Positions 26,126-36,184 of a DNA stretch of 59,541 bases are shown in pieces. Every line of letters begins with the position of its first letter. The stretch's first letter is position 1. The DNA lies in assembly GCA_036172345.1 (NCBI GenBank), contig JASFBB010000034.1, forward strand, positions 1 through 59,541, written 5' to 3'. Source of the DNA: Anaerolineae bacterium. Lineage in GTDB: Bacteria > Chloroflexota > Anaerolineae > 4572-78 > NAK82. Made by a program: the position numbers and the translations under genes. The notes under the pieces were generated by a model, which had not been told where the DNA came from, searched no databases, and worked only from the letters and a program-made list of their open reading frames with translations.

Positions 26126-28075
26126 TCAATTGCGTCTGTGAGTGCGCATCCGAAGGAGCAGCGCGGTCAACAGAACGAGTGCCGCTAGCAAAGCAGCGCT
26201 CCCGGCCCATAGTAACGGCGGAGCATCCCAAACGATCATCCCTTGTGGCTGTCTGACGGTCATCGCCCCGGCAGAACTTTTTCCTTCAGGAGCAGAAACA
26301 GCAGAGGACAACGGGGAAACAGCCTCCCCAGAAGGCAGCGAGCTCGTCACGGGTGATAACCTCTCCGTAGGAGACCAAGGCGACAGAGTAACACGCGAGG
26401 TACTCGCTGGGTTGAAAGATGGTATACCTGTGGATGCGCCCCATGGTGTAATGAAAGGTGGTATTGTAGCAGTGGATGTTCCAACCATCGCTTGTAGCGG
26501 CGCGGACCATGCATCACGCGGTGGAGATGGGACATAATGGGTGGTCATCAGGGTGGGTGCGAGCACGATAACCGTTGTGGCAGTTCCAATCGTGGCGGTC
26601 TCGACCCATTTGGGCGTGCGCGTAGCTGCGCTTATGACCACGTAACGGGGGGCTGTTGGAGTGGCTGTGCTGGTTTGAGGAGTCGCCTGTGGCGTGTCAG
26701 TGGGTAGATCGACTACAGGCAACCTACCAGCATCCCCCAGCAGTTTAACGAACGCAGCATTTACCCATCCCAGAGTATCACTGCGGGGCACCTCAATCTG
26801 CCACCAGCTGGCCTCGCTGTTTCGCGCGAGCACCTTTGCCCGTTCCCCTTGCGCCAGACGTCCAATCCGCGGATAGGTAATGTCCGGCCCACTGCGGATG
26901 CGCACTGCCTCCTGGGCAAGCACATAAGGACCATTTTCCACGAGCGTAGCGATAGGTGTAGGGGGCGGCACCGATGTTTCTCGAGTGACCATCCCCGGCA
27001 CCAGAGAAGATGCCTCTGAGACGGATGATCCCTTAAACTGAGCACCCAGCTCGCGCGTCAGGTTGAGATACAGGTCGCCATAGCGGACACTCGGCTCGAT
27101 CATCGTGCCTTCCACCCACTCGTTAAAGCTGGTGATCACTACCCAATCTGGCCGGCTGGCAATGGCCGCAGACCAAGCAGCACGGTAGTAGTCGCCATTG
27201 CGTCGATGCACGGCAAAAGCTGTGGCACGGCCACTGCGCGTGTCATCATAACCTGGCATAACAGTTGCCACCCAAAATCGACGTACACCATAGTCATCGG
27301 CATAACGCCGCACGCGTTGCCCCCAATCTTGCAACGTACGCGCCACATCGGATGACCATGCGATGGAATAGAGATAATGCCCATCGAATACGCGTTGATA
27401 ACTCAGATCGGTACCCTCAGCGATCCATATGCTGCTATGATCCGGATCGACCTCCTTACGAATGGCGTTCCATGCATCGACGCTAAAACGTTGCTGACGC
27501 CAGAAGAAAATCACCGGACGCCCCTGATAGCGCAGATAGGCAGGATGTTGGGCATGCACGCTCAGAAGATAATGTAATGCTCCGACTACGGACACTTGAT
27601 CAGGGAAAAATGGGCCATTGGTCTCAAATGCGAGCGCAGCGCGAAACCCTTTATTTGCTGCCACGTCCAGCAAAGTGCGAAAGTTGGTCTCTGTCTGATT
27701 GTCAGTTTCTTGGGGACCATACCACGATTGCACTAAGGCATCAATGCCAGCTGCCTGCGCCTGATCCACATGGCGCTCGATGGTCGCCACGTCGCTCGAA
27801 CGATAAAGCTGCAAGGGCATATCGGGGGTGATACCTGCTGTCCAGGTACCCTCGTCATACCAGGCATAATAGAAGGCCAACACCAGAGGAATCTCCTGCG
27901 CAAGGACAGGAGTGACATCTGAGGTGAGCACCAGGGAACAGGTGAAGACGAGCAGTAACAGAACGCTAGTAGCGCCGACGGAAGATAACTTCCTTGACCT
28001 GTACAGAGTTAGATTTGTCACAGTCCTCGATGGTATCCGATTTCCACTTAAAGGTTTCAGACGCCTGTACGCCAT
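26126..28075 (-). CDS. membrane-anchored secreted protein: glycoside-hydrolase-like (GH99-like?) domain + SH3b domain + Ser/Thr/Pro linker + C-terminal TM helix
   Basis: N-terminal signal/anchor, then '[13 protein letters not shown]...[15 protein letters not shown]'. SH3b-like '[39 protein letters not shown]'. C-terminal '[27 protein letters not shown]'. Start uncertain (ATG 28075 or GTG 28021); either overlaps the upstream gene. Confidence 0.5.
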   Translation of the reverse strand: MAYRRLKPLSGNRIPSRTVTNLTLYRSRKLSSVGATSVLLLLVFTCSLVLTSDVTPVLAQEIPLVLAFYYAWYDEGTWTAGITPDMPLQLYRSSDVATIERHVDQAQAAGIDALVQSWYGPQETDNQTETNFRTLLDVAANKGFRAALAFETNGPFFPDQVSVVGALHYLLSVHAQHPAYLRYQGRPVIFFWRQQRFSVDAWNAIRKEVDPDHSSIWIAEGTDLSYQRVFDGHYLYSIAWSSDVARTLQDWGQRVRRYADDYGVRRFWVATVMPGYDDTRSGRATAFAVHRRNGDYYRAAWSAAIASRPDWVVITSFNEWVEGTMIEPSVRYGDLYLNLTRELGAQFKGSSVSEASSLVPGMVTRETSVPPPTPIATLVENGPYVLAQEAVRIRSGPDITYPRIGRLAQGERAKVLARNSEASWWQIEVPRSDTLGWVNAAFVKLLGDAGRLPVVDLPTDTPQATPQTSTATPTAPRYVVISAATRTPKWVETATIGTATTVIVLAPTLMTTHYVPSPPRDAWSAPLQAMVGTSTATIPPFITPWGASTGIPSFNPASTSRVTLSPWSPTERLSPVTSSLPSGEAVSPLSSAVSAPEGKSSAGAMTVRQPQGMIVWDAPPLLWAGSAALLAALVLLTALLLRMRTHRRN

Positions 28076-28727
28076 CCTGATACAATCGCACGAACCAGGT
28101 ATGTGGACGCTTGGCGTTCTGCTTGTCCTTCCCTCCCAGAATCAGGGGTACGGCAAATTCTCCATCCACATCGGTGGTGGTGCGGAACGTGCTGATGTTC
28201 TCCTCGCCATATTCAACCACAATACCCTCCAACGGGATGCCATCCGCATCAAAGACGTACCCTTTCATGCCGATATCATAACAATTCTGGTAATTCTTGA
28301 ATTCAGCAACATAGAAAGGCACCTGCGTTGGTGTTGCTGTGATGGTGGGTGTTTCAGTGGGCGTACTCGTCTGGGTGGGTGTGGGCGTGTAAGTGGCCAA
28401 CGGTGTGCGTGTATGCGTAGGCGTACGCGTGGGTGTGGGTGTACCGGTAGCGGTAGGCGTGCTGGTCGGCAGCGGCGTGGGAGTGGGCACAGGTGTCCAA
28501 GTCGGTGGATAAGTGGGGATACCCTCTGGGGTGAAAGTAGGCGTTGGAGGAGGGGGAAGCGGCTGCTCAGCACTCAGCCCCAGGACAAGCGGTTGCTCCG
28601 GTGTGTAGGTCACGAACAGGATGCCGTAGATCAGCAGCGTGGTTACGATCATCACAGCCATCAAAAAGAGGAATAGGGTGGTGAAACGCTCTCTCTCTTG
28701 TCCCGGCATCGTTCCCTCCTCTCGCAC
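27966..28727 (-). CDS. membrane-anchored protein with Thr/Pro-rich linker and carboxypeptidase-regulatory-like (CarboxypepD_reg) domain
   Basis: N-terminal TM '[24 protein letters not shown]', a ~90-aa TP repeat linker, then '[22 protein letters not shown]...[13 protein letters not shown]'. Confidence 0.55.
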   Translation of the reverse strand: MREEGTMPGQERERFTTLFLFLMAVMIVTTLLIYGILFVTYTPEQPLVLGLSAEQPLPPPPTPTFTPEGIPTYPPTWTPVPTPTPLPTSTPTATGTPTPTRTPTHTRTPLATYTPTPTQTSTPTETPTITATPTQVPFYVAEFKNYQNCYDIGMKGYVFDADGIPLEGIVVEYGEENISTFRTTTDVDGEFAVPLILGGKDKQNAKRPHTWFVRLYQDGVQASETFKWKSDTIEDCDKSNSVQVKEVIFRRRY

Positions 28728-28774
28728 TCTACGGTGGAAAAGCTCTTGTAGATACTCCTTCCCTGCCGCCTTTG

Positions 28775-30088
28775 CTAGTCGTGTGTGATGGCCAGAAAGC
28801 TGGTATCATCCACCAACACAAAAGAATCGACACCCGCATAGGGTAACACAACCACCCGCATCTTGCTGCGCGGATATGACTGGACCAGCTGTGCAGTAGC
28901 TCGCTGCAATTGAGCAATGCGCTGCTGAGCGGGATAATTAGGATAGCGACCTAATGTCCCGGCAAGGATCTCGCGACGCAACACCTCTTCAGTCGCCCTC
29001 TCGATTTGGTCAGCATCCGGCATCGCCACGATCAGGTCGGCATAAAGCGCAAACAGCAACTCATAGGACTTGGTCAAATCAGCACGGATCGTCTCCGCTT
29101 GAGCTTCCCACTCGGGTAACAGGCTGAGACCGTACCCACGTCGTGCAATGCGATACTTCATTGCCAGCCAATTGATGCGCGCCTGCACGACGCTGATTTG
29201 CGCTGAGAGCTGCACAACTGAAGCAATCTGTGCATCGTAGTAGGGCAACCTGACGCGATCCTCAGCAACCAACGCACTAGCTAGAGCACTTACCAGCTGT
29301 TGTGGAGCACGACCGCCTCGCGCGATCAATTGCTCGACCAAGTTTTGTGCAGCAGACCAACGCTGCGCTTCTGCCTGCTGCACTTCCAACGGCAAAGGAG
29401 GCGGAGCGGCAACCGGCAGCACTGGCGGCAGCTCGGGCACGGTGACCGGCGCGAACGATTGAGCACTGGACTCCAAGCTTATGCGTGCGCGCTCGCGATC
29501 ACCAATCATCTGGTATCCCTTATGCAGCCGCTGGAACAGGTTGCGCCGTGTGGCGGGCTGCAGATAAGCGCTTGCCGTTGCCACATTATAAGCTTGGTCC
29601 AAGTAGAGCTGGGCTAGACCATACTCGCCTAGTGTCGCCAATCCCTCACCCGCTAAGATAAAGGTGTCTGCACGTACTGTGTCTGGCAGATCGGGACTCA
29701 ACGTGGCGATGGTCCCGGCCAGGCGATAACTTTGAGTCGCCTGTTCGTCCCTGCCATCCTTGCGATAGCGATCGGCCAGCAAAAGAAAATCGCCGGCACT
29801 TTCCCGATCATCAATAGAGGGACTGAACACCAGGATCGCAAAAGCGGTGTCTGGTCTTCCTTGCGCCAGAGCTTGGGCCACCAGATCTTTATCCGCCACT
29901 CCTCCCAGCCCTCCCACCACGAGTGCCGGGTCAATCTTGGTGTAGTCCACCAAGCTCAGCGGGTCACGCCACGGAGGCACCTGAAAGGGCTGCCGACGTG
30001 TCAAGAAGTATGTGCTCAGTGCGACGATCCCTATTGCGACCAATATGACAATCGTGGCAAACAACAATGCCAAGAGCCATTTGCGCAT
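28775..30088 (-). CDS. hypothetical single-pass membrane protein (helical repeat ectodomain)
   Basis: Start placed at ATG 30088 ('[24 protein letters not shown]'), 7 nt after the upstream stop. The remainder is Ala/Leu-rich and helical. No family recognised. Confidence 0.45.
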   Translation of the reverse strand: MRKWLLALLFATIVILVAIGIVALSTYFLTRRQPFQVPPWRDPLSLVDYTKIDPALVVGGLGGVADKDLVAQALAQGRPDTAFAILVFSPSIDDRESAGDFLLLADRYRKDGRDEQATQSYRLAGTIATLSPDLPDTVRADTFILAGEGLATLGEYGLAQLYLDQAYNVATASAYLQPATRRNLFQRLHKGYQMIGDRERARISLESSAQSFAPVTVPELPPVLPVAAPPPLPLEVQQAEAQRWSAAQNLVEQLIARGGRAPQQLVSALASALVAEDRVRLPYYDAQIASVVQLSAQISVVQARINWLAMKYRIARRGYGLSLLPEWEAQAETIRADLTKSYELLFALYADLIVAMPDADQIERATEEVLRREILAGTLGRYPNYPAQQRIAQLQRATAQLVQSYPRSKMRVVVLPYAGVDSFVLVDDTSFLAITHD

Positions 30089-30095
30089 AGGCCAG

Positions 30096-31289
30096 CTACT
30101 GGGATTGATAGCGTTCAATGACAGCGTTGGCACGCTGCCCGGCCAGCCACGCTTGGAAAGCATTCTGTTGTGCATACAGCAGCATCTCCGGAGCTAACGG
30201 GTGATTATCCTCCCGCGCTTCTACCTTGATGATATGGTAGCCTACCTCACTTTGTACTAATTGAGATACCTCACCAACTGAGAGCGCAAACGCTGTCTGC
30301 ACCACCGCTGGAGGCATCAAAGCGACATCGCGTGGAAACCATCCCAGATCGCCTCCATTGGCAGCCGTGCTGGCATCCTCAGATTCCTGCTGCGCCAACG
30401 CGGCAAAGTTCTCCCCCTTCCTCAAACGTTCCAACAGAGCCTGCCCTTTGGCCCGATCCACTGTGAAGATATGGCGCGCATGGACCTGCTCAGCAACTGC
30501 AGGCACCGTTGCCGAGACCACGGCAATCACCTTGCTCGCCAGCAGCTGTGCACGCTGCATAGCGCGCAGTTCCTCCTCGGTCATATTATTCATCTGCAGC
30601 CATTGTTCAAGCGATGCTACATCTTCGCCAACTACACTTTGCAAGGATTGCTCAAGCTCTTCATCGGTCACGGTGATGCCCATCTCAGCCGCGGCTTGCT
30701 CGATGAGCACTTGATCAATCAACCCCTGCAGCACATTGGCACGCAGCTGCGCCCTCTGCGCCTCGCCAACTTCCCCCTGAGCCATAATGCCCTGCTCTAT
30801 AAGAGCCCTTTCGGTCTGTTCCACCTGTTTCTGATAGACATCCAGGTAGATCGGCTGACCGTTCACACGTGCAACCAAGGGCCTTCCACCCTGAGAGGAT
30901 CTTGGCTCTGATGGAGATAACAAGGGTGCAGGGGTCACTGGAGGGATCATCGTGATCGCAGGTGAAGGTGTCGACTGGGAAGTCGCTGTGATGTTTGGTG
31001 AGGCTGCTGAGGATGGAAGTGTAATTGTAGTCTCAAGCGAGAGCGCTGGCGTGTTAGATTGTATAGTGATCTGAGTCAAGGCAGGGGACCCACTTTGCCC
31101 TCCTGCACCGCCGCAAGCGACCAGCAAGGGCAACACGGCAGCAATCACCAGTAGAACACTCGCCGTGTTGTGGCATTTAGTTGTTTGAAGGATATTCCGA
31201 TCCCTCGGGGACAATCTCTGCAGCGCTCCCAAAGATGGCAGGGATTTGAGCAACCGTCGTAGAGTCACCATTCTCGTAGCGTCCCACAC
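30096..31289 (-). CDS. PpiC/parvulin-type peptidyl-prolyl isomerase lipoprotein (PrsA/SurA-like)
   Basis: Lipobox 'PLLVAC' and SurA-N-like helical region. Parvulin domain 'HARHIF...NGGDLGWFPRD...VGYHIIKV'. Confidence 0.85.
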   Translation of the reverse strand: MWDATRMVTLRRLLKSLPSLGALQRLSPRDRNILQTTKCHNTASVLLVIAAVLPLLVACGGAGGQSGSPALTQITIQSNTPALSLETTITLPSSAASPNITATSQSTPSPAITMIPPVTPAPLLSPSEPRSSQGGRPLVARVNGQPIYLDVYQKQVEQTERALIEQGIMAQGEVGEAQRAQLRANVLQGLIDQVLIEQAAAEMGITVTDEELEQSLQSVVGEDVASLEQWLQMNNMTEEELRAMQRAQLLASKVIAVVSATVPAVAEQVHARHIFTVDRAKGQALLERLRKGENFAALAQQESEDASTAANGGDLGWFPRDVALMPPAVVQTAFALSVGEVSQLVQSEVGYHIIKVEAREDNHPLAPEMLLYAQQNAFQAWLAGQRANAVIERYQSQ

Positions 31290-31352
31290 TTTACTATAAT
31301 TTATATGACAGGGTCATTATAGACTGCTATACAGACAGATACAAATTGGGTG

Positions 31353-32960
31353 TTATCGTAAAGAACCGTCTGGAAAGAACGATGAACTTTTGGCACTTTC
31401 TATAGGATGCTCCTCAGCGGCCCAGCGCGGCCGGCTTATCTGTCCGGTGGAGGTGAGCTGTTGCGGTGTTCCCCCATGCACATCTCCCAGGTAAAGATTG
31501 CCATTATACACGAAGAGGAATGCATCTCCTGATGGCGACCAAGCGATTTCAGGAGGCGGCAGCACCCCAGTTCCCTCACTTTGCGGAAATAACCGACGCG
31601 GGTTACTGCCATCGTGATCGCGTAGGATCAAAGCATACCGGCTATCTACAGAGTGCAGCGCGTCAGTCGCTTGACCATGCAGCAGACCGTAGTGTCCCCA
31701 ATTAGGTGCACTCCACATGCCCACCCGCTCTGCCACACGCGCTTGCAACGATCCATCAACCGCAAACAGCCATAAGTCGAATAGAGGGCTGTCGTAGACT
31801 TCCTCATTTGCCAGCGGTCCATTGTGGATAACAGCAGCAAGAAAGCGCCCGTCTGGCGACCAGCTTAAGTCGGGAGTCCATACCCACTCGCTATAAGTGT
31901 TATAAGGGGCAAACTCGCGTAACACCGTGAGTGTCCCACTGAGCACATTGTAGACGCCCACTTGATCTGCCCGAGCATAGGCGAATGCTTGGCCTTCCGG
32001 TGACCACGCAAACTTACCCCCCCACCAACCATAGACACCACCAGTATTGGTGGTGATCACTTGAGTGGCACGGGTGATGGCACGTGCATCTGCCTTTCCG
32101 ATCCATAGATCATTGTTCGCACGCCAGCCAGGAGGACTTGTGGTACGCTCTGCCGTACTGTAGGCAATTTGCTTCCCGTCCGGAGACCATTGAGCATAGA
32201 GCACCCCACGCACCGGCAGTGAGATGGGCGATTCTCCCACGATAGTGGTCTTGACCATCCATAACTGATTCAGCGGGGTCTCGATATCACCTTCCAAGCG
32301 ACGCGTGTAGAGCAGCCAACGACCATCCGGCGAAAGCTCAAACACACGTCCGTCCAAGTCTCCCTCCGTGGTGAGAGGCCGGCGTGCCGCGCTGTTTCCG
32401 CGCATCACCCAGGCATTGCCGGCAGCTAAATAAGCGACCGTGCCCTCCAGGGGCAACGTGCGCAGACTATGGGTCGCCCCCACTGCCACGATCTCATCTT
32501 GAGGGGGTTTGATTCGCACCTGGCTGATGCGGATACGCTCAACCGGCCTTCCGTCTTCCAATACGACACGATAGGTAACCTCATCCTCACCGTTTACCCC
32601 TAACTGGATCAGCCGTGTCTCGCCGGTAAGCAACGCCTCGTTGACGACCATCTTGCGCGCATAAGGCACCGTAATTCGCTCGGTTTCATAGCGCTCCTCC
32701 ACACGCGTGACAGTGATCACCATACCAGGTGCTACCTCGACGTATAAATCGGGTTGTACTCGGTCCAACTGTTCCAGCGTGACGCCGGCCGTCGCCAACG
32801 CATCACGCACGGTGCCACCCGATAGAACAACCTGGTGCCGATCGCCATCTACCTGAACAATCACTGTCATGGACGATCCCTGGCAACCGATCAGAATTGT
32901 CAGGAGTGCAAGAGGAATGAAAATCAACGAGAGGGCAGGTCGTTTCATCAATTTCATCAA
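31353..32960 (-). CDS. lipoprotein with DUF348 + G5 domains fused to a TolB-like (PD40) beta-propeller
   Basis: Lipobox 'LIGC'. 'VIVQVDGDRHQVVLSGGTVRDAL' is DUF348-like. 'ITVPYARKMVVNEALLTGETRLIQLGVNGEDEVTYRVVLEDGRPVER' is a G5 domain. Repeated 'WSPDG...' blades follow. Confidence 0.7.
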   Translation of the reverse strand: MMKLMKRPALSLIFIPLALLTILIGCQGSSMTVIVQVDGDRHQVVLSGGTVRDALATAGVTLEQLDRVQPDLYVEVAPGMVITVTRVEERYETERITVPYARKMVVNEALLTGETRLIQLGVNGEDEVTYRVVLEDGRPVERIRISQVRIKPPQDEIVAVGATHSLRTLPLEGTVAYLAAGNAWVMRGNSAARRPLTTEGDLDGRVFELSPDGRWLLYTRRLEGDIETPLNQLWMVKTTIVGESPISLPVRGVLYAQWSPDGKQIAYSTAERTTSPPGWRANNDLWIGKADARAITRATQVITTNTGGVYGWWGGKFAWSPEGQAFAYARADQVGVYNVLSGTLTVLREFAPYNTYSEWVWTPDLSWSPDGRFLAAVIHNGPLANEEVYDSPLFDLWLFAVDGSLQARVAERVGMWSAPNWGHYGLLHGQATDALHSVDSRYALILRDHDGSNPRRLFPQSEGTGVLPPPEIAWSPSGDAFLFVYNGNLYLGDVHGGTPQQLTSTGQISRPRWAAEEHPIESAKSSSFFPDGSLR

Positions 32961-33098
32961 TGGTTATGCTAGCATCAGCATCCTAGATGTCAAGTCGTAC
33001 CATACGATACACACGCAATACAATTGCTCACCTTGCCAGAGTGTGTTAACATTCAGCTCAAGTCTCCTCCCTCGCACCGGGAAAGCAGGAGTAACCTC

Positions 33099-34610
33099 GT
33101 GAGATCGTTCATCGTTGCCATCGATCAAGGAACAACAAGCACACGCTGTGCACTTTTTGATCAAAACGGCCAACTGCATGCTATAGCTCAGCAAGAGCAC
33201 CGTCAGCTCTACCCATATCCTGGTTGGGTTGAGCACGACCCGATGGAGATCTGGCAAGCCACTCAGGAGGTCATCCACAAGGTGCTCGCTGTAGCACATA
33301 TACCTCCCAATGCATTGGCTGCAGTGGGCATCACTAATCAACGCGAGACCACCGTCGTGTGGAATCGCTGCACTGGAGAACCTTACTATCCCGCAATCGT
33401 ATGGCAAGACACGCGCACACGCGAAATCTGTCAAAGACTGACGAAAGAGGGAGTGCAAGATCACCTGCGCGCTACAACTGGTCTGCCACTCACAACTTAT
33501 TTCTCGGCACCCAAACTGTATTGGTTGCTGGAACATGTGCCCGGTTTGCGTTCAGAAGCGCAACGCGGGGATGCCCTTTTTGGCACGATCGACAGCTGGC
33601 TGGTATGGTGGCTCAGCGGCGGTCCCCGTAGTGGTGTGCACATTACCGACGTGACCAACGCCAGCCGTACTATGCTGATGAATCTGCACACGCTCGATTG
33701 GGATAAAGAGTTGCTCAGCTTATTCGGCATCCCACGACAGATGTTGCCACGCATCATGCCCTCTGCCAGCCCTGAGACAGATGCCTACACTGCGCACGAA
33801 GGCCCTTTCAATGCTGCATTGCCCGTGTGCGGTATTTTAGGCGATCAGCAAGCTGCTCTGGTTGGTCAGACGTGCTTCACAGCTGGTGAGGCCAAAAACA
33901 CATATGGCACCGGCTGTTTTATGCTGCTTAATACAGGGCACATCGCAGTAACCTCGTCCAGTGGATTGCTCACCACCGTCGCATATCGCTTTGGCAATCA
34001 GCCAGCCGTATATGCTTTAGAGGGTTCCATTGCTATCGCCGGAGCACTGGTGCAATGGCTGCGTGACAACCTGGGCATCATCTCCAACTCTGCTGAGGTG
34101 GAGACTCTGGCGCGCACGGTGGAGGACAACGGCGACGTCTATTTCGTGCCAGCGTTCTCAGGGCTGTTCGCACCTCATTGGCGTGCGGACGCACGCGGAA
34201 TCATCATCGGTCTGACGCGCCATACCAACAAGGGTCATTTGGCGCGCGCTGCACTTGAGGCAACCGCCTTTCAGACACGTGAGGTCTTAGAGGCAATGCA
34301 GCGTGACGCGGGCATAACCATCCAGGTACTCAAAGTTGACGGTGGTATGGTCTCCAACGCGTTGCTGATGCAGTTCCAGGCAGACATCTTGGGTGTGCCG
34401 GTAGTGCGTCCGCGGATCAGCGAGACCACCGCTTTAGGCGCCGCCTATGCCGCTGGTCTGGCAACAGGACTATGGAGCTCGACGGATGCGCTGCGCGCAC
34501 AATGGGTCTCTGATCAGTGTTGGCAACCTCGCATGGGCGCTGCGCAACGCGAGCATCTCTATCGGCGCTGGCGACAGGCGGTCGAACGCGCTATGGGATG
34601 GCTTGAATAA
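33099..34610 (+). CDS. glpK: glycerol kinase
   Basis: '[17 protein letters not shown]', '[11 protein letters not shown]', '[12 protein letters not shown]', '[10 protein letters not shown]'. GTG 33099 with AGGAG 8 nt upstream is preferred over the TTG at 33024. Confidence 0.95.
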   Translation: MRSFIVAIDQGTTSTRCALFDQNGQLHAIAQQEHRQLYPYPGWVEHDPMEIWQATQEVIHKVLAVAHIPPNALAAVGITNQRETTVVWNRCTGEPYYPAIVWQDTRTREICQRLTKEGVQDHLRATTGLPLTTYFSAPKLYWLLEHVPGLRSEAQRGDALFGTIDSWLVWWLSGGPRSGVHITDVTNASRTMLMNLHTLDWDKELLSLFGIPRQMLPRIMPSASPETDAYTAHEGPFNAALPVCGILGDQQAALVGQTCFTAGEAKNTYGTGCFMLLNTGHIAVTSSSGLLTTVAYRFGNQPAVYALEGSIAIAGALVQWLRDNLGIISNSAEVETLARTVEDNGDVYFVPAFSGLFAPHWRADARGIIIGLTRHTNKGHLARAALEATAFQTREVLEAMQRDAGITIQVLKVDGGMVSNALLMQFQADILGVPVVRPRISETTALGAAYAAGLATGLWSSTDALRAQWVSDQCWQPRMGAAQREHLYRRWRQAVERAMGWLE

Positions 34611-34636
34611 ACCCCTACGAAGGAACAAGATTTATT

Positions 34637-36085
34637 ATGATTGAGACTCATCAAGTGCATACCGCCAGTGCCCAATACACGCGTTTGGGAAGACAGGAAT
34701 GCGAACGCATCCACGCAGCGAGCTTGGAGATCCTCGATCGAGTGGGAGTAGATGTGCACGACGCAGATGCTCGCGAACTACTGCGACGTGGCGGTGCTCG
34801 TGTGGATGGCATCCGGGTACGTCTATCGGAGACTATGGTGCGGCGCGCATTGAACACAGTGCCTCATCAGATGCGTCTATGTGATCGCAACGGCCGTGTG
34901 GTGATACGTGCCGGTGGATATCGTTCGTATTTCGGTGGGGGCTCTGATTGTCTCTACGTGCTCGACCATCGCACCGGCATGCGCCGTAAAGCTGTGCTTC
35001 AAGATGTCGTCAACGCAACCATCGTGCAAGATGCGCTGTCCGAGATAGACTTCGTCATGTCTATGTTCCTGCCCTCGGATGTGGACGGGCGCACCTACGA
35101 CCGTTACCAGATGGAGGCTATGCTTCATCATACCACCAAGCCCATTGTGTTCGTGACCCCCAATCTTGCCGGTTGCATAGCAGCCGTGGAGATGTGCGAA
35201 ATTGTGGCAGGCGGTCGCGAAGCGTTTCAGGAGCACCCATTCGCAGCGTGCTACATTAATCTGACCTCCGGTTTGATCGCGAATGCTGAAGCTCTGCAGA
35301 AATCCATGTATCTGGCGGAGCGTGGCCTGCCCCAGATGTACATTCCACTCAATGCAGGTGGTGTCAATTCACCAGTCACCACCGCTGGCTGCATAGCCAC
35401 TATGAACGCCGGCACCCTGTTGGGCATTGTGTTGACCCAGTTGGTGCGCGAAGGTGCACCAGTGGCCGTAGCTGGTTGGAACGGTGGCCCTTACAACTTG
35501 CAAACAATGGTGGGCAATTACGTCTTGGCCGAGGAGCAGGGTGTGGCGACCTCTATGGGAAAGTTCTATGACATTCCGGTCTTCGGATTGGGGGGCGCCA
35601 CCGATTCCAAAGTGCTTGATCAGCAATGTGGTTTCGAGGTCACGCTCAGTTTGATGACAGCACTACTAAACGGTGCCAATATCGTCCATGATGTGGGCTT
35701 TATGGACGCCGGGATGCAAGGTTCTCTGGCGCTTATGGTGATCGCCGATGATATTCTAGGGTTCTTGCGCGCCGCCATCAAGGGGGTCCATGTGGATGAC
35801 GAAACGTTGGCGCTGGAAGTGATCGAAGAGCTGGGTCCAACCGGCAGTTACCTCGAACATCCCCATACCCTGCGTCATTTCCGCGAAGCACACTATTCGC
35901 GGCTAGCCGATAAAAACGTCTATGCCGTTTGGGCTTCCCATGGAGCGACTTCCATGGAAGCACGGGCTGCACAACGGGTGGAAACAATTCTGACTAAGCA
36001 CCACCCATCTCCTTTACCTGAGGACATAAAACACGCGCTGCGCGAAGTAGTCTTGCGCGAAGAACGACGATTCGGAGGCAATTGA
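34637..36085 (+). CDS. MttB-superfamily (trimethylamine methyltransferase family) protein, non-pyrrolysine type
   Basis: 482 aa, uninterrupted with no in-frame TAG. 'ERIHAASLEILDRVGVDVHDADARELLRRGGARVDG' is a typical MttB-family N-terminus. Confidence 0.82.
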   Translation: MIETHQVHTASAQYTRLGRQECERIHAASLEILDRVGVDVHDADARELLRRGGARVDGIRVRLSETMVRRALNTVPHQMRLCDRNGRVVIRAGGYRSYFGGGSDCLYVLDHRTGMRRKAVLQDVVNATIVQDALSEIDFVMSMFLPSDVDGRTYDRYQMEAMLHHTTKPIVFVTPNLAGCIAAVEMCEIVAGGREAFQEHPFAACYINLTSGLIANAEALQKSMYLAERGLPQMYIPLNAGGVNSPVTTAGCIATMNAGTLLGIVLTQLVREGAPVAVAGWNGGPYNLQTMVGNYVLAEEQGVATSMGKFYDIPVFGLGGATDSKVLDQQCGFEVTLSLMTALLNGANIVHDVGFMDAGMQGSLALMVIADDILGFLRAAIKGVHVDDETLALEVIEELGPTGSYLEHPHTLRHFREAHYSRLADKNVYAVWASHGATSMEARAAQRVETILTKHHPSPLPEDIKHALREVVLREERRFGGN

Positions 36086-36184
36086 GACCCCCTTGTGTTT
36101 TCGCCTCTTCTAGACTTCACATGGCTCGAGCATCGGGGTTTCTCTTATCCTCTTATTCATCATTTCATTTAAGGAGCAAGCTGA

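Noticed and set aside
28330-28560. Repetitive GGTGTGGG/GGCGT-type DNA that at first glance resembles a tandem or CRISPR-like repeat. Similar tracts lie at 9540-9620, 15430-15560 and 39610-39680.
   Set aside because: The units are irregular with no repeat-spacer periodicity. All tracts sit inside CDSs and translate to (T/P)n linkers.
27912-28676. 254-aa plus-strand ORF rich in Arg/Gly/Cys
   Set aside because: It is the mirror image of the Thr/Pro (ACN/CCN) linker of the minus-strand gene, a low-complexity artefact.
33024-33098. N-terminal extensions in the ORF track for glpK. The same applies to 41478-41597 (ABC ATPase), 51062-51412 (aldo-keto reductase), 8888-8938 (rSAM-A), 9747-9848 (lipoprotein), 30089-30175 and 52933-53019.
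   Set aside because: In each case a downstream start has a proper SD and the family-typical N-terminus. The extension would also overlap the upstream gene or a regulatory hairpin.
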